NCBI GenBank assembly: GCA_044869275.1
Contig: JBIOXB010000172.1
Coordinates: forward strand, 1-50,883
Source of the DNA: a bacterium
Lineage (GTDB): Bacteria > Zhuqueibacterota > Zhuqueibacteria > Zhuqueibacterales > Zhuqueibacteraceae
Direction: 5' to 3'
Length of the DNA stretch: 50,883 nt
The notes under the pieces are model-generated. The model worked only from the letters and a program-made list of their open reading frames with translations, was not told the DNA's origin and did no database searches. Below, piece by piece: positions 21,101 to 31,065 of the stretch (position 1 is its first letter; each line of letters starts with the position of its first letter). The position numbers and the translations under genes are program-made.

Positions 21101-22447
21101 GTGTCTCTCCGCGCCACATTAGCGATCTTAGTGTTGGTGGTCGGCTGCTTCTGGACGCTGCGGCGGCCGATTGTGGGCGTCTGTATGGCCGTTTTGTTCT
21201 TTCATCTCAATCTGCGCACCCTCGGCGCCGGTTTGGAAGAAATCCGTTTTCAGTTTGTGATTACGCTCGTGTTGATGATTTCCTACATCCTCAACCGTGA
21301 AGAACTTCTCCGGGACGTACAGCCGCTGCGCACACCGATGAAATGGATGTTTGCCTTTACCGGCATGACGTTTTTGACCAGTATATGGGCGGTGGCTTCT
21401 CCTGAGATTGCTTTCGATAGCGCGGTGGATTTTGCCAAAATCATTTTGTTCACCTGGTTGATGATGCGCATTGTCCGCACTGAGCTCGAATTGCGCATTC
21501 TGATGTACGTCACCTTTGCGGGGATGTGGTACACCTCGTTTATGGCGGCGTGGGGAGTGGAATGGGGTTGGATCAATGAATTGGAGGTGGGCGTGGCTAC
21601 CGGCGGCGCAGGTGCGCATCTGATGATGTTCATGCCGTTGTTGGTTTTGCTCACGCTTTACGGCAATTGGAAGGAAAAGCTGTATTGCGCCTTCGTGATT
21701 CCTTTCGTGCTAAATTTCCTGCCCAATACCCCCGACGGCAGCCGCTCGACCTTGGTTATTCTCGTCACCTCCATGGCGCTCATGCTGATGCTCGCGCCCG
21801 GTTCCATGCGTTTCCGCATTGCCGTGCCGATTCTGACCGGCGGATTATTGTTCGTCTTCTTTCTGACGCCGCCTGAATACTGGGCCGATATGGCGACGAT
21901 TCTCGATCCGCACAGCGAGAGTTCTTCCGCCTCACGCTTCGCCATCAACGACGCCACCTATGAGATCATCGGCGAGTATCCGGAAGGCATCGGCTACAAC
22001 AATTACTCGCTGATCTCGATGAAGTATCTGCCCGAAGAGATGCTCACCGAACTCGGCACGCGCGACGCGCACAACAGCTATCTCAAAGTGATGGCGGAGT
22101 TCGGCATTGTCGGTTTTTGCATTTGGATCTTGATGTTCTTTCTTACCTGGCGGAGTTTTCGCATGGTGCGCAAGACCATGCAAAACGGCGTGCCGCCGAC
22201 GCGCTTGCAGTTGCATGCCCTGGCTTTTGAGCTGGGCTTGATCGGCATCTCGCTGGGCATTTGGACGCACGCCTATAACGATCTCGACACGTTATATTGG
22301 TTTGTCGCCTTCAGCAGCATCGTGATGAATTTGCACGAACAGCAACAGACGGCTCAGCCCGACGCGCCCGCGGCAGCTCTCCCCGACTCCAGAGTGCAGC
22401 AACCCAACGACCTCACCAGGAAAAAAACAGAGCCGGTAGCGGCTTGA
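21101..22447 (+). CDS. O-antigen ligase / Wzy polymerase family protein
   Basis: Multi-TM protein with GSR, periplasmic R..., P.GIG and DAHNSYL...AEFG (Wzy_C pattern). Confidence 0.85.
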   Translation: MSLRATLAILVLVVGCFWTLRRPIVGVCMAVLFFHLNLRTLGAGLEEIRFQFVITLVLMISYILNREELLRDVQPLRTPMKWMFAFTGMTFLTSIWAVASPEIAFDSAVDFAKIILFTWLMMRIVRTELELRILMYVTFAGMWYTSFMAAWGVEWGWINELEVGVATGGAGAHLMMFMPLLVLLTLYGNWKEKLYCAFVIPFVLNFLPNTPDGSRSTLVILVTSMALMLMLAPGSMRFRIAVPILTGGLLFVFFLTPPEYWADMATILDPHSESSSASRFAINDATYEIIGEYPEGIGYNNYSLISMKYLPEEMLTELGTRDAHNSYLKVMAEFGIVGFCIWILMFFLTWRSFRMVRKTMQNGVPPTRLQLHALAFELGLIGISLGIWTHAYNDLDTLYWFVAFSSIVMNLHEQQQTAQPDAPAAALPDSRVQQPNDLTRKKTEPVAA

Positions 22448-22676
22448 GAGCACCCCCTACGCCGTGGTAAAGCGCGCCTTTCCCGCGGGCATGGGTGCAT
22501 AGGTCCTCGCTTCCAACACAGTCTATTCGCCAGCTCGCCTTCCAGCGGCGTTCCGGCGGAGTGGTGCTGGCGCTGCCAAGCCGAATGCGCAAGAGCGCCG
22601 GCCCGGCATGCCGCCTCATATGTAAGGGAATACCGACAGAAGTGATGATGCCAGTGACGATTTAGGATCGGAATGA

Positions 22677-23360
22677 ATGAAAAAGCTGGTGACGTTTTGC
22701 GGCATGGTGGGGAGCGGGAAAACCACCAATTCGAAAAAAACGCTGCGTTGGCTGTGCCAGGCCGGTTACGAGCCTTACTATCTCCGTTTTCGCTCCGTGG
22801 GGTGGCGTAGTTTGCTGCGCCCGCCGGCCCTCAGCCCTTGGCAGGACCGTGAATCGCACGGATCGCGTCCGGATCGCCGGTCGGCCTCGCGCAAAGCGCC
22901 GCGCCATTTGCAGGCCACGAAAAGCCTGAGCTTGCTTTTGACGTTAGGCTATTTGGTGCGGGCGATGCGCTTTCGCCTGTTCTGTTTTTTGTACCATCGC
23001 CATCACCTGGTCGTGGTGAATCGCTATTTCTATGACAGCTTCGCGCATTACCACCTCGCCACGGCGAGCGAACGCAGATACCTGCGCTGGCTGATGGCGG
23101 CGATTCCACGGCCGGAGCTCGCGGTTTTGCTCGTCTTGCGTCCGGAGACCGCCCACCGCCGCAAGCCTTTTTACAACGTGGAGGAATTGCGCCAATGCGC
23201 CGAGAACGTGGCGGCGTTCCAGCGTCTGGTGCCGAACTTGAAAATCGTCGCGACGGATAACATCGCGACCATCGATCGACAGGTGGAAAAACACTTGCGG
23301 GAGATTTTTCCGCAACAGCGGAAACGCGAACATGTTCAAGAAGGTTATCCGCAAAATTAA
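22677..23360 (+). CDS. Thymidylate-kinase-like P-loop protein
   Basis: GMVGSGKT P-loop, VVNRYFYD, PRPE and AHRRK lid. Confidence 0.7.
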   Translation: MKKLVTFCGMVGSGKTTNSKKTLRWLCQAGYEPYYLRFRSVGWRSLLRPPALSPWQDRESHGSRPDRRSASRKAPRHLQATKSLSLLLTLGYLVRAMRFRLFCFLYHRHHLVVVNRYFYDSFAHYHLATASERRYLRWLMAAIPRPELAVLLVLRPETAHRRKPFYNVEELRQCAENVAAFQRLVPNLKIVATDNIATIDRQVEKHLREIFPQQRKREHVQEGYPQN

Positions 23361-24567
23361 AATTGCCCATCTCGCCAACGAAATGAATGTCGGCGGCAAA
23401 GAACGCGGGATTCTGAATCTCGTCAACGCCATGCCTGAGGAGATCTTCGAGAATCATGTGTACGTGTTCAAGGCCGGCGGCCTCATGCTGCAGGCGCTCG
23501 ACCGCCAGAAATGCCGCGTGGTGGAATTGGGCGCGCGCGCGGGCGGGGATTATCGCTATGCTTTCAAGCTTTTCAAACTTTTCCGGCAGCATGGCATCGA
23601 TCTCGTGCACACGCGCTCGTGGGGCACTTTGCTGGAGGGCATGCTCGCTGCCATGGCGGCGCGCGTGCCGGCCCTGGTGCACAGCGAGCACGGCTTCATG
23701 CGCGTCGATACTCAGTTGCATGTGCTGATTCAAAATCTGTTTTGGCGTCTGGCCGATCGTGTGATCAGTGTTTCCGAAAACCTGGGCGATACGCTGCACG
23801 CGAAAATCGGTTTTCCGCGGCAACGCATACATGTCATTCGCAATGGCGTGGATGTGCGCAAACTCGATGCCATTGCGGAGCGCACCAATATTCGTGCGGA
23901 GCTGGGCCTGCCCCAGGAGACCTTGCTTTTTGGCAGTGTCGGGCGATTGGTGCCGGTGAAAAACTATGCCTGCTTGATTCGCGCGGCCCAGCTGGTGTTC
24001 GAAAAAGGGCCTGAGGCCGCCTTGCTTTTCGTCGGTGACGGACCGCTGCAAGCCGAGCTCGCCACGCTCGCGCAACAACTGGGGATTGGCGGCAAAGTTC
24101 ATTTTCTGAATTGGCGCAAAGACGTGCCACAGATCCTGCGCGAATTGGATGTCTTCGTGCTCTCCTCCTTCAGCGAGGGGATGTCCAATTCGATTTTAGA
24201 AGCAATGACGGCCCGCAAACCGGTGGTGGCCACGGGCGTGGGGGGCAACACTGAGCTGGTGGTGGAAGGTGAAACCGGCTTGCTCGTACCCTCAGATGAT
24301 CCCTTCCAGATGGCGGAAGCGCTGTTGCATTTGTTGCGCGAGGGGCCACGGCGCGTGGCCATGGGCCAAGCCGGCCGGCGGCGCATTGAAACGTTTTTTA
24401 CGCTGCCGCAAATGCTGCGGAATTACCAGCGGATTTACCTCGAAGTCGCGGCGCGGCATTTTACTTTTCATCCGGAATTGCGCGAACGCATCCATCAACA
24501 TTTTGCCGGCGAACCGGTGATGCTTCGTTCGAGTGCGAAACGAAGGGATTATCAAAAGGTGGTATGA
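23332..24567 (+). CDS. Glycosyltransferase family 4
   Basis: GGKER, HSEHG, IRNGVD, VGRLVPVK, SFSEGMSNSILEAM. Confidence 0.92.
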   Translation: MFKKVIRKIKIAHLANEMNVGGKERGILNLVNAMPEEIFENHVYVFKAGGLMLQALDRQKCRVVELGARAGGDYRYAFKLFKLFRQHGIDLVHTRSWGTLLEGMLAAMAARVPALVHSEHGFMRVDTQLHVLIQNLFWRLADRVISVSENLGDTLHAKIGFPRQRIHVIRNGVDVRKLDAIAERTNIRAELGLPQETLLFGSVGRLVPVKNYACLIRAAQLVFEKGPEAALLFVGDGPLQAELATLAQQLGIGGKVHFLNWRKDVPQILRELDVFVLSSFSEGMSNSILEAMTARKPVVATGVGGNTELVVEGETGLLVPSDDPFQMAEALLHLLREGPRRVAMGQAGRRRIETFFTLPQMLRNYQRIYLEVAARHFTFHPELRERIHQHFAGEPVMLRSSAKRRDYQKVV

Positions 24568-24814
24568 GGGGCCGGCGTTTCATCGGTTTGGCATTGCCCT
24601 GCCCTGTCATCCTGAAAATAAGTTTTGTAGTGGCTCCCTCAGGAGCCGAGTGTTCGCTACCGCATGGTGCCTTAAGGCACTACTACGAACATCAGTTTCA
24701 TTATGATCGGGTGCGAAGCCGGACATGGCAATTCCTTCTGACATGAGGAGTAATCACGTTCCCGTGCCTCTGCGCGGGAATGCCTTTCACGCCTCCGCGC
24801 TATTTTGAACCTCT

Positions 24815-25876
24815 ATGCCAATTGTGATTCGTGAAGCCGATCCCCAAGCGGACCGGCAAGTGATGAGGGATTGCCTGCTGCGCAATCGCACGCGCTATGA
24901 AGAAAACGAAATATTCGAAGCGCGCTTCGATTGGGCCTATCGCGATAACCCGCACGGGCCAGGCCGGGCTTGGCTCGCCCTTGATCAAAGCAAAAATCAA
25001 GTGGTGGGATTCACTTCGGCATTTCCACGCCGGGTGTGGGTGGCGGGCAAACTCCTCACCGGGTGGAACTGTGCGGATTTTTCCATCGACCAAGAGTATC
25101 GCACGCTGGGGGTGGCCATGAAATTGCGCCGCGCCGCCAAGGATTGCGTCGATCGCGGCGAGTTCGATTTTTTGTTTGCGCACCCCAATGATCGTATGCG
25201 TGCCGTGCACGAGAAAGTCGGGCATCAAGCCATCGGCAAAATGGTGCGCTACGCCGCGGTGTTGCGCCTGGATGACAAACTTGAAGGCATGGTGGGCAAC
25301 AAGCTCGCGGCCCATGCGCTGGCCACGCTCGGCAATCCCTTTCTGCATTTCATCACGCCCGGCCGCGCGGTGGCAGGCCAGTATGATTTTTCTTTGGTGG
25401 AGGAAAAAGAGTTCGGGCCGGAATATGATCAATTGTTCGAAAGAGTGATCGGGCAGCATCGTGTGATCGTGCAGCGGGACTCGGCTTATCTTACCTGGCG
25501 CTTTTTGCACAACCCGCTGTATCGCGTGCGCAGCTTGCGTATGCAGCGCGGGGAGAAATTGCACGGCTACGTGTTGTTCTATGAAGCCCAGGGTGCGGCG
25601 CGCGCCATGGAATGGCTGGTCGAGGGGCAAGAATCTGAAATGCGGCTGCTTTTGCGCGCTTTGATTTATCATTTGCGCAAGGCTCGCATCAATAGCATTT
25701 CGTTGCGGATGCATGATATGAACCCTTGGCTTGGGGTCGCGCAGCAACTCGGCTTCCGCTATCGCGACGACGCCACTTCCACGGTCATCGCTTATGCCAA
25801 GGACTCGCAGCCTTATGCTGCAACGATCCTCGACGGCAAGAACTGGTTTATGACAGTGGGCGATCGGGACATTTGA
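24815..25876 (+). CDS. GNAT-family acyltransferase (tandem-GNAT size)
   Basis: FDWAYRDNP, DFSIDQEYRTLGVA (motif A), PN, RDSAYLTWRF..NP and C-terminal GDRD. Confidence 0.8.
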   Translation: MPIVIREADPQADRQVMRDCLLRNRTRYEENEIFEARFDWAYRDNPHGPGRAWLALDQSKNQVVGFTSAFPRRVWVAGKLLTGWNCADFSIDQEYRTLGVAMKLRRAAKDCVDRGEFDFLFAHPNDRMRAVHEKVGHQAIGKMVRYAAVLRLDDKLEGMVGNKLAAHALATLGNPFLHFITPGRAVAGQYDFSLVEEKEFGPEYDQLFERVIGQHRVIVQRDSAYLTWRFLHNPLYRVRSLRMQRGEKLHGYVLFYEAQGAARAMEWLVEGQESEMRLLLRALIYHLRKARINSISLRMHDMNPWLGVAQQLGFRYRDDATSTVIAYAKDSQPYAATILDGKNWFMTVGDRDI

Positions 25877-25882
25877 CGAATA

Positions 25883-25960
25883 CCAGTAGTCAGTGGTCAG
25901 TGGCCAGTAAACTGATTGCTGATAACCGACAACCGACTACCGACAACTGACAACTGACAA
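25883..25960. repeat. Heptamer tandem/inverted repeats
   Basis: CAGTRGY x3-4, then ACCGACA/ACTGACA x5. Confidence 0.8.
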
Positions 25961-25973
25961 CTTTGGAGTTCTC

Positions 25974-26222
25974 ATGGACGTCCGCTCTGATATTAAAGCT
26001 TTTCTCACGAAACAAGCGCCAAAAGGCGCCAGCTTTTCGGAGCAAGACAATCTGCTCATGAAAGGCGTGATCGATTCTTTGAAAATGCTCGACCTCATCA
26101 GTTACATCGAGAAGCAATTCGGCATTGCCATCGACGAAGACGAAATGATGCCCGATAATTTCGAGTCGGTTGACGCCATCGTCAATTTCGTGAACGAAAA
26201 GCGCCGTGCTGTCGATGCGTGA
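25974..26222 (+). CDS. Acyl carrier protein (DltC-like)
   Basis: 82 aa, acidic; GVIDSL phosphopantetheine site, IEKQFGI and PDNFESV. GGAG RBS. Confidence 0.92.
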   Translation: MDVRSDIKAFLTKQAPKGASFSEQDNLLMKGVIDSLKMLDLISYIEKQFGIAIDEDEMMPDNFESVDAIVNFVNEKRRAVDA

Positions 26223-27438
26223 AGTAAGCATTCCCTGGGCGGCCTGGTGCGGCGATTATCCTCAGCCCCTGGCTTTTCCCGAGCTGTGGGAGGTACAAGT
26301 CTGCGCCATGCGCGATGCCCCTGCGCTTTCCGTCGAACAAATGCGCGCCGCATTGCGGCAGACGATTGCCGCGCCACCGCTGCGCGAAATGCTGCAGGGT
26401 TGTGGAACCGTTGCCATTGCCGTCGATGATTTGAGCCGGCCCACGCCCACGCACGTGCTCCTGCCTTTTTTGTTAGAAGAATTGTTCGCGGTTGGCATGC
26501 AAAGAGAAAATATTACCTTCGTCATCAGCCTCGGCTCGCATACGGCTTTGACCCCGGCCGATCTTGCAAAGAAACTCGGCAAAAGCATTGTAACGCAATA
26601 TCGCGTGTTGAATCATGATTGTCATGGCGCTCTCACCGATCTCGGCGTGAGCGTGGGCAAAGTACCGGTGCGCCTGAATGCCGCCTTCATGGCGGCTGAT
26701 TTCAAGATTCTGCTGGGCAGCGTGGTGCCGCACGCTTTTGCCGGCTTCAGCGGCGGCGCGAAAATGGTCTTGCCCGGACTCTCGAATATCGAGAGCATCG
26801 AATGGACGCACAAAGCCGTGATGATGGGTCTGCGCGGCAAGGCCGGCACGCTCGAAGGCAATCGTTTCCGCGCGGAATTTGAGCGCGTCGCGCGGCATGC
26901 GGGCGTTCAGCTCAGTATCAACGTCGTCGTCAACGGCAACCGCGAGATTGCCGGAGTGTTCGCGGGTGATCTCGAAGCCGCGCATCGCGCCGGCGCCAGC
27001 TTCGCACGCGAGGTTTATGCCACGCCGTTGCCGGAAGAGCCTTTCGATATTGTCCTGCTCAACGCCTATCCCAAGGATGACGAATTGCTGCAAGCCGAAA
27101 ATGCCTTCATGTTCCATCACACCGCGCCGCCGGGTTATTTGAAAGAGGATGGCGTGATCGTGATGTCGAGCGCCTGCTCGTTGGGCATGGGACATCACGG
27201 CCTATTCGGCGTGAATCAAAGACTCTATCGCCAGCCGGCGCCCAAAGGCTTTTTGGGCAGCCGCCAGCTTGTTGCTTTCATGCCGGGTGTGACGGAGGAA
27301 GAGTTTCATCAGGTCTATTGGGAAGGGTATCCGCACTTTATCACATGGGAAGCGACTATTGATTTCCTGATGGAAAAATATTCGGAACGCACGCGTGTGG
27401 GGGTTTTACCTTGTGGCAGTATTCAAGTTGCAGTTTGA
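26215..27438 (+). CDS. LarA-superfamily nickel-pincer-dependent racemase/epimerase (lactate racemase domain)
   Basis: DDLSRPTP, LGSH, NHD, PHAFAGFSGGAKMVLPG with His 16 residues after the Lys, and AYPKD. Overlaps the ACP stop. Confidence 0.88.
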   Translation: MREVSIPWAAWCGDYPQPLAFPELWEVQVCAMRDAPALSVEQMRAALRQTIAAPPLREMLQGCGTVAIAVDDLSRPTPTHVLLPFLLEELFAVGMQRENITFVISLGSHTALTPADLAKKLGKSIVTQYRVLNHDCHGALTDLGVSVGKVPVRLNAAFMAADFKILLGSVVPHAFAGFSGGAKMVLPGLSNIESIEWTHKAVMMGLRGKAGTLEGNRFRAEFERVARHAGVQLSINVVVNGNREIAGVFAGDLEAAHRAGASFAREVYATPLPEEPFDIVLLNAYPKDDELLQAENAFMFHHTAPPGYLKEDGVIVMSSACSLGMGHHGLFGVNQRLYRQPAPKGFLGSRQLVAFMPGVTEEEFHQVYWEGYPHFITWEATIDFLMEKYSERTRVGVLPCGSIQVAV

Positions 27439-27468
27439 TCAAAAGACTACTCATCATCCTGGCCCGCT

Positions 27469-29067
27469 ATGATTTCCTATCTCATTCACCACTTCCTCGA
27501 ACATCACGCCCAAACCACGCCCGAGCAAATGGCTTGTATCCACGCCGGCGAAGCGGTAAGTTACGGCGAAATGGATCTTGCCGCAAATCGCGTGGCGCAT
27601 ATGCTGCGCGATTTGGGCGTGCAGCGCGGCGACCGTGTGGCGTTGCTGATTGACAACTCCAGCGCCTACCTCGCCGCCTATTACGGCATTCTCAAAGCCG
27701 GCGGCGTTACCGTGGCCATGTATGCGACCACAACGGCAAAAGCTTTGTCGTACATCGTCAACGATTGTGAAGTCAGTGTGCTCATCACGCAAACCCGGCA
27801 ACTGCCGCTGCTGCAAGAAGTGCACGACAAATTGCCCAAACTGCGCGCCGTGGTGTTGTTGGATGCCATTCGCCCCGCAGAAAATTCTGTGCCGGAGGAG
27901 ACACAAAAGAGCGAAATAACGTCGTGGCCCATGATCACGACGCAAGCCCTCGCGCAACAACCGGAAACGCCGCTGCCTTTGCACTTGATCGATCAAAACC
28001 TGGCCTCGATCATTTACACCTCGGGCAGTACCGGCGACCCGCGCGGGGCGATGCTGACGCATCTCAATATCGTTACCAATACGCGCAGCATCGTGAGTTA
28101 TCTCAGCCTTACGCCGCAAGACCGCATCATGGTGGTTTTGCCGTTCGCCTATGTTTATGGTAAATCGCTGCTGAACACACACTTCGCGGCCGGCGGCACG
28201 GTGATAATCGACAATCGCTTTGTGTTTCCGAATCTCGTGCTCAAAACCATGCAGGACAAGGAGGCGACCGGATTCTCGGGCGTGCCTTCAACCTACGCGA
28301 TTTTGCTGGGCAAGTCCGCCGTGCGCAAAATGGAATTTCCAGCGTTGCGCTATATCACCCAAGCCGGTGGTGCGATGGCGCCGGCACTCATTCGCGAGGT
28401 CATGGAAGTTTTTCGAGGCAAGAAAGTTTTTATCATGTATGGCGCGACCGAAGCTTCGGCGCGGCTCAGCTATCTGCCGCCGGAAGAGTTGCCTCGCAAA
28501 ATCGGGAGCATCGGCATTCCCATTCCCAATGTCGTATTGCGCCTGATTAAAGAAAACGGCGAGGAAGCTGCGCTCGGAGAACCCGGCGAAATTGTCGCGA
28601 GCGGGGCGAATCTCATGCAGGGCTACTGGAATCAACCCGAAGAAACCAAAGCGGCACTGACGCGGCACGGCTTTCACACCGGCGACCTTGGCCGCATGGA
28701 CGACGAGGGTTTTTTTTACGTCGTGGGCCGCAAGCGCGACATGATCAAATCCGGCGCCAATCGCGTGAGTGCGAAAGAAGTCGAAGAAACCATTCTCGAA
28801 CATCCGTACATTTTGGAAGCGGCGGTGATTGGCGTGCCGGATCAATATCTCGGTGAGGCGATCTGCGCATATCTTACGCTCAAGCCGGAACATGGCAACG
28901 GGCATGAAGAAAGTTTGGCGGAGAAGATTGTCGCTTTTTGCCGGGAAAGATTGCCTGAATTCAAAGTGCCGCGTACGGTGATCGTGCAAGAGAAGCTGCC
29001 CAAGAATGCTTCGGGGAAGATCATGAAGGAAGTCTTGCGCAGTTTGCATCAGAATGTGGCCCTGTAG
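27469..29067 (+). CDS. Acyl-AMP/acyl-CoA ligase (ANL superfamily)
   Basis: YTSGSTGDPRG, YGATEA, TGDLG, GRKRDMIK and PKNASGK all intact. Confidence 0.93.
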   Translation: MISYLIHHFLEHHAQTTPEQMACIHAGEAVSYGEMDLAANRVAHMLRDLGVQRGDRVALLIDNSSAYLAAYYGILKAGGVTVAMYATTTAKALSYIVNDCEVSVLITQTRQLPLLQEVHDKLPKLRAVVLLDAIRPAENSVPEETQKSEITSWPMITTQALAQQPETPLPLHLIDQNLASIIYTSGSTGDPRGAMLTHLNIVTNTRSIVSYLSLTPQDRIMVVLPFAYVYGKSLLNTHFAAGGTVIIDNRFVFPNLVLKTMQDKEATGFSGVPSTYAILLGKSAVRKMEFPALRYITQAGGAMAPALIREVMEVFRGKKVFIMYGATEASARLSYLPPEELPRKIGSIGIPIPNVVLRLIKENGEEAALGEPGEIVASGANLMQGYWNQPEETKAALTRHGFHTGDLGRMDDEGFFYVVGRKRDMIKSGANRVSAKEVEETILEHPYILEAAVIGVPDQYLGEAICAYLTLKPEHGNGHEESLAEKIVAFCRERLPEFKVPRTVIVQEKLPKNASGKIMKEVLRSLHQNVAL

Positions 29068-29254
29068 ATAGCTTTTGAACTGAATGAGCAACCGGATTAT
29101 TCTGAATCCGTTGGCGAAGAAATTTTCAGAATTTTGTTCTGACTTTGAGTGCCTTATGGCTTGAACTTGACATTGTCGTACTACGCTGACAAGGTCAAGT
29201 TGCGTTCCCAAGAAAGAGCAACCAGTATCGAGTATCCAGCATCCAGGAGCTTTC

Positions 29255-30370
29255 ATGCCTTTAAGAATTTGCAACATTGTCGGCGCGCGGCCGAATTTTA
29301 TGAAGATTGCGCCGCTCATTGATGAAATGAGAAAACATCCGGAAATCGAGGCCAAGCTGGTGCACACCGGCCAGCATTACGATGAGAAGATGTCCAAGCT
29401 CTTCTTTCATGATCTGGGATTGCCGGTGCCCGAGGTTTATTTGGGCGTGGGCTCCGGCGGGCATGGTGAGCAAACCGGCAAAGTCATGATCGAGTTTGAA
29501 AAGATCCTCATGGCGGATCGCCCGGACGTGGTGCTCGTGGTCGGCGACGTCAACTCCACCATTGCCTGTGGCTTGGTGGCGGTGAAGCTGGGCATCAAGC
29601 TTGCGCACGTCGAGGCCGGCTTGCGTTCGTATGATCGCGCCATGCCGGAGGAAATCAACCGCGTGCTCACCGATCAAATCTCGGACTATTTGTTCTTGAC
29701 GGAGCGCAGCGCCTTCGCCAATCTCGAGCGCGAAAGCGTCGCGCGTGAAAGATGCTTTTTCGTCGGCAATGTGATGATTGATTCGCTCATGAAGCATCGC
29801 GACCGCGCCGAAAAGTCCTCCATTCTTCATGAGCTGAAAGTGGACAGCAAAAAATTCGGCTTGATCACGCTGCACCGGCCGAGCAATGTCGATGTCCAAG
29901 AAAATCTCGAAAACATTTTCGGCGCGCTGCTGCACATTCAGCGCGATCTGCCGCTGGTCTTTCCCGTGCATCCGCGCACGCGCAAGCAAATGCAGCTTTT
30001 CGGCTTGGGTGAAAAAATCGCGCAGGCCCCCAATTTGGTTTTAACCGACCCGCTCGGCTATCTCGATTTTCTCAAGCTCACCGCGCATGCACGGCTGGTA
30101 ATCACGGACAGCGGCGGCATTCAAGAGGAAACCACGGTGCTCGGCGTGCCGTGCATCACCGTGCGCGAGAATACCGAACGCCCGGTGACCGCGACCGAGG
30201 GCACGAACGTCGTGATCGGCATGTCCCCGCAGCGCATCTTGGAAGAGAGCTATCTGATATTGGAAGGGAAAGGCAAAAAGGGCGGCGTACCGGAGCTTTG
30301 GGACGGCAAGGCGGCGGAGCGAATCGTCAAGATTCTTCTTGAAAAAGAAGGTCCCGCTGCGATTCATTGA
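29255..30370 (+). CDS. wecB: UDP-N-acetylglucosamine 2-epimerase (non-hydrolysing)
   Basis: GARPNFMK, HTGQHY, HVEAGLRS, MPEEINR, TDSGGIQEE, RENTERP. Confidence 0.96.
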   Translation: MPLRICNIVGARPNFMKIAPLIDEMRKHPEIEAKLVHTGQHYDEKMSKLFFHDLGLPVPEVYLGVGSGGHGEQTGKVMIEFEKILMADRPDVVLVVGDVNSTIACGLVAVKLGIKLAHVEAGLRSYDRAMPEEINRVLTDQISDYLFLTERSAFANLERESVARERCFFVGNVMIDSLMKHRDRAEKSSILHELKVDSKKFGLITLHRPSNVDVQENLENIFGALLHIQRDLPLVFPVHPRTRKQMQLFGLGEKIAQAPNLVLTDPLGYLDFLKLTAHARLVITDSGGIQEETTVLGVPCITVRENTERPVTATEGTNVVIGMSPQRILEESYLILEGKGKKGGVPELWDGKAAERIVKILLEKEGPAAIH

Positions 30371-30534
30371 GGTTTGCAAAAATCAAGAAAATGTCATTTG
30401 GAAGCATCTTTTTTGTTACAAACGCTTTTATTGAATTCTGGTAAGATTCATCCGAACTCGCAGCAAGGCGATATTGGCATAGCCATGCCATATTTATGCA
30501 ATCGTGACAATGTTTTTGTTTCCAAATTTTCGGC

Positions 30535-30744
30535 TCACGCGGCCATAGATCTTTGTCTGTGGGCAGTGCGTGATGCTTGATAGAGCTTGGTTCTGGAACC
30601 ATCGTCGAGAAACTCTTCTCCACAATTGGCGCAAATCCAAACCTCAATCGCCTTAATCGTTTTGCGCTGGGAGTGTAGAAAAACATCCCGTCTTTGCTTG
30701 CGCAGCTTTTTCGAACCGCACATGCGGCAAAAGTCACCTGACAT
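30535..30744 (-). CDS. YgiT/MqsA-type zinc-finger protein (putative antitoxin)
   Basis: CRMC...CANCGE zinc ribbon; starts 3 nt after the upstream gene. Confidence 0.75.
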   Translation of the reverse strand: MSGDFCRMCGSKKLRKQRRDVFLHSQRKTIKAIEVWICANCGEEFLDDGSRTKLYQASRTAHRQRSMAA

Positions 30745-30747
30745 AAA

Positions 30748-31065
30748 TTATGCTCCTAAAGTAGACCTCTTGGCTGAAATAATGATGTAAAACGTTTCTT
30801 GATTACCCACCGTTCGAATCACGCCTTTTGTATACATCAGGACGCCATCGTACGTGAAGCTCTCGATAATATAAACCTTCTCTTTAATGTTGAGTTTATC
30901 TTGACTCGTTGAATTCTTTTTCACAATATAAGCCGCATTCAAGATGGCCTCTATGGCATCTTCTTTGGCCAAGCCATCATTCGCCAATTGAATTTCAGCA
31001 GATAAGCGAAATTCATATCTGCCTTGAAGAATTAGTCTTTTGATTTTTATAAGAGTGTGGTCCAA
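30748..31065 (-). CDS. Putative toxin (DUF4258/MqsR-like)
   Basis: 105 aa basic protein directly upstream of a YgiT finger; LMYTKG...YIIISAK. Confidence 0.55.
   Translation of the reverse strand: MDHTLIKIKRLILQGRYEFRLSAEIQLANDGLAKEDAIEAILNAAYIVKKNSTSQDKLNIKEKVYIIESFTYDGVLMYTKGVIRTVGNQETFYIIISAKRSTLGA

Noticed and set aside
25974..29067. NRPS/PKS secondary-metabolite cluster
   Set aside because: No condensation, ketosynthase or thioesterase domains; the context is glycan biosynthesis.
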